A stretch of DNA of 64,000 nucleotides from an uncultured Actinomycetes bacterium (GCA_963704725.1 OY969934.1:1088001-1152000), one strand, 5' to 3'; shown: positions 48,920-59,173, counted from the stretch's first letter. Notes: generated by a model not told the origin, from the sequence alone. A program made the numbers and translations.

Positions 48920-50230
48920 CTACCGGGGGCCGCGCTCGCGGCCGAGCGCTTCGATCAGGTCGGCGGCGCGCGTCTTGCCGTCGCGGGCCCGGATCCGGGC
49001 GCTCTCCGAGGCCATCCGCTCGCGGAGCGCGCCGTCGCCGAGGAGACGGTCGACGGCGTCGGGGAGCTCGCGATCCTCGAACGCGTAGGTGTCGAGCCGC
49101 TCGCCGAGCCCGAGCTCCTGCACCCGCTGCGCGTTGTCGTACTGGTCCCAGAACAGCGGCAGCACCACCATCGGCTTGCCGAAGTGCAGGGCCTCCGTCG
49201 TCGTGTTGTTGCCGCCGTGCGTGATCACGAGGTCGACGAGGGGGACGATCGACGTCTGCGGCACGCGGGCCTCTCCCCACATCGAGTCGGGGAGCTCGAT
49301 CTCGTCCGCGCGAGGGCCCTTCGACACGACGTAGCGGTGGGGCGTGCGCGACAGCACGTCCACGAGGCGCTTCATCAGGTCCACGTCCGCCGAGCCGAGC
49401 GAGCCGAGGGACAGGTACACCAGCGAGCCGTCGCCGCCCCGCAGCGACTCGGGGACCTCCCAAGGCTCCTCGGTCTCGCGAACGCTGGAGTCGAGGCGGT
49501 GCCACGTCGGCGCGAGCGGGCGCGAACGCGGGTAGTCGGCGGCCTCGGGGTACACGTACAGGTTCAGGTCCGGCGACTCGTGGATGAACTCCAGGTCGGG
49601 CAGGTGCGGCGCCCCCTGCTCGGTCACCCACGCGTCGAACGAGGCCCACAGCTCGCGGTGCGTGCGCTCGTACTCGGCGCGGAACTCGTCCCACCCCGAG
49701 CGGTCGTCGTGCGGGTATCCGCTGAACGCCGGCGCGAGGTCGGGGTCCTTCATCTCGAGCGGGTTGCAGCTCAGGATCCGGACCCACGGCGCCCCGTGTG
49801 TCAGCAGCGCGGGGAAGGCGCTCACGTTGTCCTCGACGATCACGTCGGGCCTCGCCCGGTCGAGGATCTCGCGGAGCGCGGGCTCGCAGTACTTCGCGCC
49901 CTCGATCAACGACTCCCACACCGGCTTGATGAACGTGCCGAGCTGCTCGATCGTTGGCCTGCGGAACTCGGGCGCGGTCTGGATCACGAAGTCGGTCCAG
50001 AACTGACCCGCGTCCTGCTCGGTCTCTGCCTCTTCCGGCGCCGGCGGCGCGAGGTCGACGAGGTCCTCCTCGAAGCCGAGCGGCTCGAGCCGGCCCTTCC
50101 AGGACGCCTCGGCGGCGAACACGACGCGATGCCCGCGCCGCTCGAGGATCTTGCCGATGCCGATGCAGTTGTTCGTCGGCCCGTACGCGCTCTCGGGCAT
50201 GAACACGATCATCAGCCGTTCGCCGCTCAT
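48920..50230 (-). CDS. GT1 (MGT/UDP-glycosyltransferase) family glycosyltransferase
   Basis: VYLSLGSLG, VPQ..VITHGGNNTTTEALHFGKPMVVLPLFWDQYDNA (PSPG-like). Confidence 0.9.
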   Translation of the reverse strand: MSGERLMIVFMPESAYGPTNNCIGIGKILERRGHRVVFAAEASWKGRLEPLGFEEDLVDLAPPAPEEAETEQDAGQFWTDFVIQTAPEFRRPTIEQLGTFIKPVWESLIEGAKYCEPALREILDRARPDVIVEDNVSAFPALLTHGAPWVRILSCNPLEMKDPDLAPAFSGYPHDDRSGWDEFRAEYERTHRELWASFDAWVTEQGAPHLPDLEFIHESPDLNLYVYPEAADYPRSRPLAPTWHRLDSSVRETEEPWEVPESLRGGDGSLVYLSLGSLGSADVDLMKRLVDVLSRTPHRYVVSKGPRADEIELPDSMWGEARVPQTSIVPLVDLVITHGGNNTTTEALHFGKPMVVLPLFWDQYDNAQRVQELGLGERLDTYAFEDRELPDAVDRLLGDGALRERMASESARIRARDGKTRAADLIEALGRERGPR

Positions 50231-50275
50231 CGCGGCCGAGAGCCTAGGCCAGGGCGGGCCCCGGCGGCGACCCCG

Positions 50276-50629
50276 CTACTGAACGGTGATCGTGCCGGTC
50301 ATCTCCGGGTGGATCGAGCAGTGATAGCGGAACGTGCCCGTGTGGCGGAAGCGCCGGGTGAACGAGTCGCCCGGCGACACGCGCGCGTCCCAGTCGCCGT
50401 CGTTCGACGTGGTCGTGTGGGTGATCCCGGCGGTGTTCGTCCACCGCACGCGGTCGCCGCGGTCGATCGTGATCGCCGCCGGGCGGAACCGGTTCCGGGC
50501 GCCGCTCCTCATCGTGATCCGGTGGACGGTCGAGGCGCGCCGGTCGTCGCTGCTTCGGGCGGCCGCGGGGACGACGAACGTCAGCGCGACGAGCGCGACG
50601 AGGGCGATCGCGACGAGGGTGCGCTTCAT
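50276..50629 (-). CDS. Secreted cupredoxin (plastocyanin/amicyanin-like)
   Basis: Signal peptide; His in 'THTTT' and YHCSIHPEM give a type-1 Cu ligand set. Confidence 0.88.
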   Translation of the reverse strand: MKRTLVAIALVALVALTFVVPAAARSSDDRRASTVHRITMRSGARNRFRPAAITIDRGDRVRWTNTAGITHTTTSNDGDWDARVSPGDSFTRRFRHTGTFRYHCSIHPEMTGTITVQ

Positions 50630-50701
50630 GGTTCGGCTCCTTCTGGGCTCGGGGGGTTCGGTGATGGTACGTGCGGCGCCCCCCACGGGATGCCGCCGGA
50701 C

Positions 50702-51133
50702 TCAACCCAGGGTGGCGGTGAGCACGATCTCGGGAACCGCGGCCAGCGCCTTGGACACGGGACAGTTCTCCTTCGTCCCGGCGGCGATCTTCTGGAAGGT
50801 GGCGTCGTCGATCCCGCCGCCCACCCGAGCGCGCGTGTCGAGCTCGATCCGGTTGATGGAGGAGCCGGCGTCCCCGCGCTCGATCCGCACCCGCGCCGTC
50901 GTCTCGACGTGCTCGGGCTGGAACCCGGCCTTGACCAGGTCCCCGGACAGGGCCATCGAGAAGCAGCCGGCGTGGGCCGCTGCGATGAGCTCCTCGGGGT
51001 TCGTCCCGGCTCCCTCCTCGAATCGGGAAGAGAAGGAGTAGGCACCGTCGAACGCGCCACCCTCGAGGCGCATGTGCCCCGAGCCCTCGCGCAGCGTTCC
51101 GGTCCACTCGGCGTCGGCTCGGCGGATGGGCAT
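50702..51133 (-). CDS. osmC: OsmC family peroxiredoxin
   Basis: W.G.L..G.G, TNPEELIAAAHAGCFSM, NCPVSKAL. Confidence 0.93.
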   Translation of the reverse strand: MPIRRADAEWTGTLREGSGHMRLEGGAFDGAYSFSSRFEEGAGTNPEELIAAAHAGCFSMALSGDLVKAGFQPEHVETTARVRIERGDAGSSINRIELDTRARVGGGIDDATFQKIAAGTKENCPVSKALAAVPEIVLTATLG

Positions 51134-51331
51134 GTCGATCTCCTCCTCAGGTCTGGTCCCTGCGAACCTACCCGAGGTCGCCCCGCTCGCGCTGCGCGGA
51201 AAGGCCGCCGGGGTCGTTGCATCGGCCTCCGGGCGGCCGTACGGTTCTCAGCCCCAGCCCGCGGGGGCTGTCTCTCGCGTGCGCCGGGGCCCAGAGCTCG
51301 ACAGGACGATCGTTTCCGGGAGGCGATCGAG

Positions 51332-53026
51332 ATGTCGGTCGAAGACCGAGGCACCTACCCCACCGACGACGAGGATCCCCAGGACCCCGGCGTCGTTCGC
51401 AGGATCCACGGGAGCGGGGGAGGCCGGCACCGCCGCGGCCGGGCCGCCGCCGCCGCGGAGGCGGCGCTCGCGACCGAGCCCGAGCCCCTGTTCACCACCG
51501 TGACCGAGTTCGATCCGTTCGAGCCGGCGCCGGAGCTGGTAGTCGACCTGGCCGAGCCCGAACGCCGCGTGGAGGAGCTGGCGCAGCGCGCCGTCGTCCC
51601 GCCCGGTCCCGAGCCGGCGCCGCCGGCGACCGGCCCGATCGAGGCGCCGGTCCGGCCGGGGCTGTTCTCGAGCTTCCGCGGGTGGTGGCGGCAGGAGTCG
51701 ATGGCCCGGGCCGCCCAGAAGCGGGCGTTCGCCACGGCCGAGGCCATCATGCGGGCCCAGGCCGTCGAGCAGACCACCACGCAGCCGCTGGAGAAGGGAC
51801 CGACCCCCGAGTCGTACAGCCAGGCCGTGCGGAGCGTGATGACGCTCACCGAGGAGCGGTTCCAGGCCCTCGGGCTTCGCTCCGACCGGCTCCAGGACGA
51901 GCTGCGGGGGATCTCCCGCACGATGAGCGAGCTTCACGGGCTCGTGTTGACCGGCGGGTTCGAGGGCGTGGGCGAGGCCGCCCAGAGCGCGCTCGGCACG
52001 CTCGAGGAGCGGTTCGACGCGCTGCTCACGGCGCTATCGGACGAGTTCCACCGCCGCGCTGCCGACACCGACCGGCGGCTGGCCGAGCAGCTCACCCTGC
52101 AGAGCGCCGAGCTGGCCGCCCTGCTCGAGAGCGCCGTCCAGCGCATCCGCGACGCCATCCCGGAGGGGTTCCAGGAGCTGAAGGCGGCGATCCCGGAGGG
52201 CTTCGACGCCGTGCAGAAGGCGATCCCCGGCGAGATCGAGCGGATCCGCTCGGTGATCCCCGAGGAGATGGAGCGCCTGCGAGCGCTGCAGCACAAGGAG
52301 CTCGACCAGATCCTCAACGTGTCCCAGAAGCAGATGGACGTGATGCGGGCGATCCAGCACGAGGAGCTCGAGAGGATGCGCGCCGCGATCCCCGAGGGGT
52401 TCGGCGAGGTCCGCGCCATGCTGCCCGAGGAGCTCGAGAAGATCCGCGCGACCGTCCCGGTCGAGATGGAGAAGATCCGCGAGATGCTCCCGGGCGAGAT
52501 CGATCGGGTGATCGAGGCCGGCGCCGACGAGTTCGACCGCATCCGGGCGCAGATCCCGGACGAGATCGAGAAGGTCCGCCTGACGATCCCCGCGGAGATC
52601 GAGCGCGTCAAGGCCTCGATCCCCGAGGCCATGGGCCGCGTGATCCGCGTCATCCCCGGCCAGGTGGAGCGGCTCACCGCGGAGAACGCCGAGATGCTCT
52701 CGGCGCTTCGGCTGCAGACGGCCGAGGCGCTGGAGCGGCTGCGATCCTCCAACGAGGAGGTGCTGGAGGAGCTGTCGAGCTCGCTCAACCAGGTCACGAC
52801 GGGGGAGCTCGAGCGGTTCCGCGAGCAGGCCGACCAGCAGATCGACCGTGTCCGGTGGGCCATCCCCGCCGAGGTGGAGAGCGCCCGCGGCACGAGCCTG
52901 GAGGAGCTCGATCGGATCCGGGGCGAGATGGCGGAGCTCTCGGCTCAGGTGGGCGAGGTGATAGCCCAGATCGGGGCGCTCACCTCCGCGGTCTCGGGCG
53001 AGGGGGATGGCGCCGAGTCGCGCTAG
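51332..53026 (+). CDS. Helical protein with tandem 11-residue amphipathic repeats
   Basis: SD GGGAGG; repeated [IVL]P.E[FIML][EDQ][RK][IVL]R.. units; no TM or signal peptide. Confidence 0.75.
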   Translation: MSVEDRGTYPTDDEDPQDPGVVRRIHGSGGGRHRRGRAAAAAEAALATEPEPLFTTVTEFDPFEPAPELVVDLAEPERRVEELAQRAVVPPGPEPAPPATGPIEAPVRPGLFSSFRGWWRQESMARAAQKRAFATAEAIMRAQAVEQTTTQPLEKGPTPESYSQAVRSVMTLTEERFQALGLRSDRLQDELRGISRTMSELHGLVLTGGFEGVGEAAQSALGTLEERFDALLTALSDEFHRRAADTDRRLAEQLTLQSAELAALLESAVQRIRDAIPEGFQELKAAIPEGFDAVQKAIPGEIERIRSVIPEEMERLRALQHKELDQILNVSQKQMDVMRAIQHEELERMRAAIPEGFGEVRAMLPEELEKIRATVPVEMEKIREMLPGEIDRVIEAGADEFDRIRAQIPDEIEKVRLTIPAEIERVKASIPEAMGRVIRVIPGQVERLTAENAEMLSALRLQTAEALERLRSSNEEVLEELSSSLNQVTTGELERFREQADQQIDRVRWAIPAEVESARGTSLEELDRIRGEMAELSAQVGEVIAQIGALTSAVSGEGDGAESR

Positions 53027-54090
53027 CAGACCTTCAGCAGGAACGGGTTGGGGTCGACCGCCGGCCCGTTGTCCGGGTGCCACTCGAAGTGGTCGTGGTT
53101 GGCGCCCGTGTCGCCGGTGTGACCCACGTAGCCGATGATGTCTCCGGCCTCGACGGGGCCGAGCTGTCCCAGCCGGGACAGGTGGGCGTTGTACACGTAC
53201 CCGTACTCCCCGTACACCTTCACCGCCAGGCCCCCGATGTGGTTGCGCGCGTTCACGGCGATCCCGTCGAACGGCGCCACGATCGGCGTCCCCTCCGCCG
53301 CCATCATGTCGTTCCCCTGGTGGACGTGGGGTCCACCCCACTTCTTGGACCGGATCACCCACACGCCGAAGTTGTCGGCGATCGCCACCGGCCCGTCGAC
53401 GGGACAGACCTGGAGCGGGCGCCACTTGGCGATCACGTCGAGCACGTCGTCCTTGTGCACCTTCAGCCGGTCGAACAGGCGCTGGGACTCGGCCAGCCGC
53501 TGCCGGAGCTCGACGCGCTGGACTGCGAGCTGCTGCAACGCGAGCTGGCGAGCGCGCTCCAAGCGTAGGAACTCGGCGCGGCTCCGCGACAGACGCTCCG
53601 CGTTCTGCTGCACCTTGGCGGCGAGCACGGAGTCGCGGCGGTTCATCTCGGTGATGAAGGAGAGACGCTCCGCGGCCTCGCCGGCCGAGGTGGCGGTGAG
53701 CAGGTACAGGACCGGGGCGCCCGGCCCCTGGATGTAGGCCTGGCGGTTGCGCTCGTTCAGGTGGGTCTGCAGGCCGGCCGTGCGAACCTCGAGCACCGCG
53801 ATGGAGAACTGCAGCGTCTCCATCTTGTCGTCGGCCGCGGCGATCTGCGACTCGTTCAGGGCGATCTCGGTGGCGAGCCGGTTGAGGCCCCGCTGCAGGG
53901 CGTTGAGCTTGCGGGCCCGCTCGCGGATCCGGGCCTTGGTCTCGCGAAGCTCAACCCGTGCCTGGTGCAGCTCCTTGTCCACGGCCTGCCCGGTCCCCGG
54001 CGCGAGCGTGAGCGCCATGCCCATCGCGAGCGCGATGACTACCGCGATCGCGCGTGCCGAACGCACCCTGGCGGATCTCGAACCCCTCAC
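53023..54090 (-). CDS. Secreted coiled-coil + M23 metallopeptidase
   Basis: Signal peptide, long coiled coil, HQGND (HxxxD), YNAHL, HDHFE (HxH). Confidence 0.9.
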   Translation of the reverse strand: MRGSRSARVRSARAIAVVIALAMGMALTLAPGTGQAVDKELHQARVELRETKARIRERARKLNALQRGLNRLATEIALNESQIAAADDKMETLQFSIAVLEVRTAGLQTHLNERNRQAYIQGPGAPVLYLLTATSAGEAAERLSFITEMNRRDSVLAAKVQQNAERLSRSRAEFLRLERARQLALQQLAVQRVELRQRLAESQRLFDRLKVHKDDVLDVIAKWRPLQVCPVDGPVAIADNFGVWVIRSKKWGGPHVHQGNDMMAAEGTPIVAPFDGIAVNARNHIGGLAVKVYGEYGYVYNAHLSRLGQLGPVEAGDIIGYVGHTGDTGANHDHFEWHPDNGPAVDPNPFLLKVC

Positions 54091-54428
54091 GATCGCGACG
54101 GTAGGGCGGCGATCGGCGCGTCTCTACCGCGCAACGACCTCCCCCGAGGGCGCGGCGGCCACTCGCCCCCTCGGCCGATGCCGATGGGTCGTTCGGTGCC
54201 GCTCGGGGGACAGGCACCCGTGGCCCGGCTCCGGGCTCGCAGGTCCCCCGCTCGGCGGGTCGATGCTCCCTTCCCCGGCAGGGTGCCCGGTTGGAATGTC
54301 AACCGAGCCCTGCGGCGGCGGAACCGAAGACCCGGTTCGCGACGTCTCGGGGCCGTGGGGGCCTGGATGGCCGGGCGGGATCGAGCCGGCCGATGGCGGG
54401 GCGATCCGCCGGGAAGGAAGGACCGGGC

Positions 54429-55853
54429 ATGAAGGGACACGCACGCACGTATGGATTCCGGCCGGCGGTGCTGGTCTCGCTCCTGGGGTTGGTGCGTCCT
54501 CGGGCTCGCGACGCCGGCCGCGGCGGCGCCGCCGAGTCATCACGGCGTTCTCGCCGAGGTCGGGGCCGGCAGGGACGTCGGTCACCATCTCCGGGACGTT
54601 CGGGTGCCCCGTGCCCACGCTGGCCACGCAGGTGACGTTCAACGGGGTGAACGCGTTCAGCTACACGGCGCACGGCCGCCACGATCACGGCGATCGTCCC
54701 CATGACTGCCACGACCGGGCTGATCGTGGTCACGGAATGCCGACGGCACCGATGACACGAGCGGCCTCGTGACGCCGAACTTCACGGTCACGGCGCTGCC
54801 CGCTCCCACGGTCAGCTCCATCTCGCCGACGTGCGGGCGCGCAGGGGTCGACGGTCGCGATCACCGGCACGGGCCTGATCGGCACGGCACCGTGACGTTC
54901 GCGCCGGACAAGATCGCCACGTTCACCGATCGTTGTCGCCGACGCAGGTGAAGCGCGACCGTTCGGCCGCGCCGTCGCCGCGGCGGTGACCGGGGTGATC
55001 TCGATCACGACCTCGGCCGGGGCCGAGTGGCGGAGGGACCGTGAACACGCCGACGTTCAACGTCTCGGCGACCTGTCCCACGGTCTCCTCGTTCACGCCG
55101 ACGCTCGGCGGGGTGGGGACCGTCGTCACGATCACCGGGACCAACTTCACGGGCGCGACCGCCGTCCGGTTCAACAACGTCACGTCGACCTTCTCGGTGG
55201 TCTCGTCGAGTCAGATCACGGCGACGGTGCCCACGAACGCCACCACCGGCAGGATCTCGGTGACCACGCCGAGCGGGACCGCCACCAGCGCGGCGAACTT
55301 CACGGTGATCCCCGCCCCGACGATCACGTCGTTCACGCCCACCAGCGGACCCCGGGGGACGGTGGTCACGATCGTCGGCACCAACTTCAGCGGGTCGGGC
55401 TTCACGGCGACGTCGGTCACCTTCAACAACGTCGCCGCGACCTTCACCGTGAACCTGTCGACCCAGATCACCGCGACCGTTCCCTCGACCGCGGTGACCG
55501 GACCGATCAAGGTCACCACCACGGGAGGCACCGGGACCAGCGCCACGAGCTTCTCGGTGACCGGAGTCACGCACGCCCGGAGCGTGTCGCTCTCGTTCGA
55601 GGCCCTGCGGGTCTCGGGCAGCGTCACGGCCCAGGACGGCTTCGACGCGTGCGAGCAGCTCGTTCCGGTGGCGATCCAGCGCCGGGGGCATCGCGGCGGA
55701 TGGCGGCTCGTGGAGCTTCTTTCGACCAACCGGCACGGCGTCTTCGGCGGTTTCGTGCTGAACGGGTCGGCCACGTATCGGGCGAAGGCCCTCAAGGTGA
55801 CGGTCGCCTCCGGCGACACCTGCGTCAGGAGCACGTCACCGCCTCGCGGCTGA
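54429..55853 (+). CDS. Secreted IPT/TIG-repeat protein, multiply frameshifted in its 5' half (read errors or pseudogene)
   Basis: Signal peptide then repeats 'ITSFTPTSG..GT.VTI.GTNF..AT.V.FN..QITATVP..A.TG.I.VTT..GT' spread over several frames. Confidence 0.75.
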
Positions 55854-55873
55854 CGGATCGGGTTCACGGCACT

Positions 55874-55906
55874 GGGAGCCGGCCTCCGATGGGCCGGCTC
55901 CCTTCT
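55874..55906 (+). terminator. Intrinsic terminator
   Basis: GGGAGCCGGCC-loop-GGCCGGCTCCC followed by TTCT. Confidence 0.7.
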
Positions 55907-55991
55907 GGTTCCCGAGTGAAGGTCCCGGTCCGCCAGGTTTCTGGGGGGCTCGCCACTACTTGCCGCGTGGTAGTCTACCGAACGTCAAGTT

Positions 55992-57431
55992 ATGACGAGA
56001 TACCGATTCCCCAACCACGGCGAGTTCCTCGACCGCCGGCAGGAGCTGGAGCGGCTGGGGCGGTGGTGGGACGACGCCGACGACCGGTTCCCGCTCATCC
56101 TCTACGGCAGGCGGCGCACGGGGAAGAGCTGGCTCCTGCGGGAGTTCGCCCACGGCAAGGACGCCGACTTCTTCGTCTGCGACACCCGCGCCGAGGGCGA
56201 TCAGCTCGCCACCTTCGCCACCCGCCTGGAGGCGTCTCTGGGCTTCCGTCCCGAGCTGCGCGACTTCCGGGCCTTCTACGACGTGCTCCTGCGGCCCACC
56301 GATCGGCAACGCCTGATCGTGATCGACGAGTTCCCCCTCCTGCTCCAGGCCGGCCGCGGAGCCGAGTCGAGCCTGGCGGCGGCGATGGAGGAGTCGGTCG
56401 AAGCATCGCGCGTTCGGCTCGTGTTGTGCGGCTCGCAGATCGCCACCATGGAGCACCTCCTGGCCGAGCGGGCGCCCCTGCACGGCAGGGGGACTCCGCT
56501 GCTCATGCGGCCGATGGCGTTCGGCGACGCGATGCGGTTCCTCGGCGATCACCGCATCGAGGATGCGGTCACGCGACACGCGATCGCCGGAGGGATGCCG
56601 CTGTACCTCCGTCGACTCGGACGAAGGGGCACGCTGAGGTCCGTGCTGTGCGACGACGTCCTCGACCCGTTGGCACCGTTCTTCGACGAGGTCCGAGAGA
56701 TCCTCACGATGGAGCTGACGACGACGGCGATCCATTTCTCGCTCCTGGCCGCGCTGGCCGGAGCTCCCAGCCTGGCCTGGGAGGAGCTGGTTCGCCGATC
56801 ACGGGTGGAGGAATCGACGGCCTCGAAGTACATCCGCGTGCTCGAGGACCTGCACATCGTCGGATCGGCGAACCCGGTATTCGCCCCCTCGAACGCCCGC
56901 CGTCGCCGCTACCGCGTCGCCGATCCCTTCGTCGGCTTCTGGTTCCGGTTCGTCTTCCCGTACCAGGCGGACCTGATGGCGGGCCTGGAACCCGGCGACC
57001 ACTTCGACCGCAACGTGGCGCCGTTCCTCTCCGAGCATGCGTCCTGGGTGTTCGAGCGCATCTGCCAGGCGTGGGTCCGGGAGCGGTTCGGGGGCACGAC
57101 CGACACCGTCGGTTCCTGGTGGGGGCCGGCCCGGAACGACCTGCGGCGGGCCGGCACCCGCTCGACCGAGGAGATCGACGTCGTCGGTGGGCGCGGATCC
57201 GTCGCCACGGTGGTCGGGGAGTGCCGGTGGCAGTCGAAGGCGATGGGGAGAGAGGTCCTCGACGACCTGCTCGAGTACAAGGTCCCCGCCTTGGCGCAGA
57301 GCGGCGTGGACACCGCTTCGACGAGGATCGTGCTGTTCTCCAGGAGCGGGTTCCGCCGGGGGCTCGTGGACGAGGCCGAGCGAAGGGGCGACGTCGAGCT
57401 CGTGGATCTGCGAGCGCTCGACCCGAGGTAG
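55992..57431 (+). CDS. Archaeal-type AAA ATPase with wHTH and DUF234-like PD-(D/E)xK domain
   Basis: FLDRRQEL, YGRRRTGKS, IDEFP, CGS, GGMPLYL, DPFVGFWFRF, GSWW..EEIDVV..GECRW. Confidence 0.85.
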   Translation: MTRYRFPNHGEFLDRRQELERLGRWWDDADDRFPLILYGRRRTGKSWLLREFAHGKDADFFVCDTRAEGDQLATFATRLEASLGFRPELRDFRAFYDVLLRPTDRQRLIVIDEFPLLLQAGRGAESSLAAAMEESVEASRVRLVLCGSQIATMEHLLAERAPLHGRGTPLLMRPMAFGDAMRFLGDHRIEDAVTRHAIAGGMPLYLRRLGRRGTLRSVLCDDVLDPLAPFFDEVREILTMELTTTAIHFSLLAALAGAPSLAWEELVRRSRVEESTASKYIRVLEDLHIVGSANPVFAPSNARRRRYRVADPFVGFWFRFVFPYQADLMAGLEPGDHFDRNVAPFLSEHASWVFERICQAWVRERFGGTTDTVGSWWGPARNDLRRAGTRSTEEIDVVGGRGSVATVVGECRWQSKAMGREVLDDLLEYKVPALAQSGVDTASTRIVLFSRSGFRRGLVDEAERRGDVELVDLRALDPR

Positions 57432-57474
57432 GCAACGCCTCGTTTCCGTGCACCTGTGCCGATCCGTCGCTCGA

Positions 57475-57891
57475 TCAGATGCGCGGCTCGACCATGGCTC
57501 GCGCCCAAGTGACGAACCGGCCGGCGGCATCGACCCCGCGCCGAGCCTCGTCGGGGCGAGTGGGCCGAGACTCGTACGCCACGAGGTTCTTGCGCGCCAG
57601 GAGGTCGCCGAGTCGCCGGACTTGCCGGCGTCCCTCATCGTCGGGTCCGACCGCCTCTCGGAGAAGATCCTCGGCGCGAGCGTGGTCCGGGTCGGTCGAT
57701 CGTCGGCCTGCGAGAGCCACGGTCACGGCATCGGCGGCGCTGACGGCGGCGTGGATGGCATTGAGCATGGCCGCGTCGCTCCGCCCGTTGGCCAGCGCTG
57801 ATCGCGCTTCGTCCAGGAACTGGGTCGATTTGCCCAGATAGAGGCGTGCCTCTCCCCGGGGTGCGTCGACCGTCTTACGCCTGGGTGTCAT
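57475..57891 (-). CDS. HEPN domain protein (putative toxin)
   Basis: 'YLGKSTQFLDEA..AIHAAVSAADA..DH..RKNLVAY'; overlaps the upstream MNT gene. Confidence 0.75.
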   Translation of the reverse strand: MTPRRKTVDAPRGEARLYLGKSTQFLDEARSALANGRSDAAMLNAIHAAVSAADAVTVALAGRRSTDPDHARAEDLLREAVGPDDEGRRQVRRLGDLLARKNLVAYESRPTRPDEARRGVDAAGRFVTWARAMVEPRI

Positions 57892-58504
57892 CCGCCGGAT
57901 CTTCGCCCACAGGGACCCGGAGGCCCTCCCGAAGGATCTTTCTCCACAGGCGGAAGCCTGGTCGACCGGGCCGCGTGAGGGCCGCGAGGGATCCCTGCCC
58001 CACGGTGACGTTGAGCCGAGAGCCGTACCTGATCCTGACCTCCTCGGTCAATTGGTCGAGAGGGTCCGACACGTCGGTACCGTCGACGATGACGAGAGCG
58101 AGGTCGATGTCGCTCGATCCGGACATGTCTCCTCGCGCGGCGCTCCCGAACAGGTAGGCGTCCAGCACGCTCGGCGCGTGGCGGCCAGCCCAGTCACTCA
58201 GGTGCGCGATGAGAGACTCCAGGAGCGCGTCCTCGGCGGCGAACATGGACTCGAGGGCCGACGCCAGCACGTGGGTGCGGTTCGGCTCATAGAGGTCGAG
58301 ACGCACTCTCCTGGTCACGTTCACGACGCCGCGGTCTACCAGCCCCGGCATAGCCCGAAGCACGGTTGGGTGGGAGACACCCGCCAGCCGTGCGACGTCC
58401 CTGCCGCTCAGCCCTGGACCGGTCGGCGTCCTGAAGATCGCTCGCAGCACACGGACGTGGCTGCCGGTGGCGAAGAGATGATCGAGCGGTCTCGACAGCT
58501 CCAT
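57875..58504 (-). CDS. HTH + minimal nucleotidyltransferase (putative antitoxin)
   Basis: HTH 'SGRDVARLAGVSHPTV'; FGSAARGDMSGSSDID is an exact GSx10DxD. Confidence 0.85.
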   Translation of the reverse strand: MELSRPLDHLFATGSHVRVLRAIFRTPTGPGLSGRDVARLAGVSHPTVLRAMPGLVDRGVVNVTRRVRLDLYEPNRTHVLASALESMFAAEDALLESLIAHLSDWAGRHAPSVLDAYLFGSAARGDMSGSSDIDLALVIVDGTDVSDPLDQLTEEVRIRYGSRLNVTVGQGSLAALTRPGRPGFRLWRKILREGLRVPVGEDPADDTQA

Positions 58505-58514
58505 GCTGGTTTGG

Positions 58515-58537
58515 GATCGTACCAAGTGGTACAGATC
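58515..58537. promoter_or_regulatory. Inverted repeat upstream of MNT-HEPN (putative operator)
   Basis: GATC-GTACCA-AG-TGGTAC-A-GATC. Confidence 0.5.
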
Positions 58538-58551
58538 ATTACCACTCGGGT

Positions 58552-59100
58552 CTAACCCGCCGGGCCGGCGAACGTCGGCGGGTCCCCCAACACGTCGTCG
58601 AGCGACGGGTTGGCCAGGTGCCGCTCGGACAGGATCGGCGAGGCCGACGGCCACGGCAGGCCGAGCGCGGGGTCGTCCCAGGCCAGGCCGAACTCGTCGT
58701 CGCCCGTGAACTCGCCGTCGACGAGGTACAACAACAGGAGCTCCGTCTCGGCGAAGAAGCCGTGGGCCACCCCGGGCGGGATGGCCAGCCCCACGCGCCG
58801 CTCGTCCGCGTCGATGCGGATCGAGGCGGTCTCGAGCCGGGTGGGCGAGCCCTCGCGCAGGTCTACGAGCCGGACGTGCCCGATCCCCGTCAGCACGCAC
58901 CAGTAGTCGGCCTGGCGCCGGTGCCGGTGCAGGCCCCGCAGGACCCCGGCGACGGACCGGGACAGGTTGGCCTGGACGGCCTCGCGGCCCCCGGCCACCC
59001 CCGACCGCCGGTACAGCTCGGTCAGCGAGCCCCGGGCGTCAGTGTGCGAGGACAGGTCGAACCGGCGCACGCCGGCGATCCTGAGCTCGTCTTCGCCCAC
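58552..59100 (-). CDS. dTDP-4-dehydrorhamnose 3,5-epimerase family (RmlC-like), copy 1
   Basis: DARGSL.E, QANLSRS..GVLRGLH.H..Q, DLREGSPT, IPPGVAHGF, WDDPAL..PWP..PILSERH. Confidence 0.9.
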   Translation of the reverse strand: MGEDELRIAGVRRFDLSSHTDARGSLTELYRRSGVAGGREAVQANLSRSVAGVLRGLHRHRRQADYWCVLTGIGHVRLVDLREGSPTRLETASIRIDADERRVGLAIPPGVAHGFFAETELLLLYLVDGEFTGDDEFGLAWDDPALGLPWPSASPILSERHLANPSLDDVLGDPPTFAGPAG

Positions 59101-59173
59101 GACGCCGCATCCTACGTGGGCGGGGACCAACGACGCTGGGGCAGCGACCGGCTACGAATGCGCCTACCTGGAG

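Noticed and set aside
49184-51331. N-terminal 716 codons of the 1280-aa ORF
   Set aside because: Antisense to the glycosyltransferase, cupredoxin and osmC genes; the real start is ATG 51332 with an SD
54290-54400. c-di-GMP-I or c-di-AMP riboswitch
   Set aside because: Core motifs (GGCAAAC..GAAA..GACGCAAAG; CCCGACAGCT) not found
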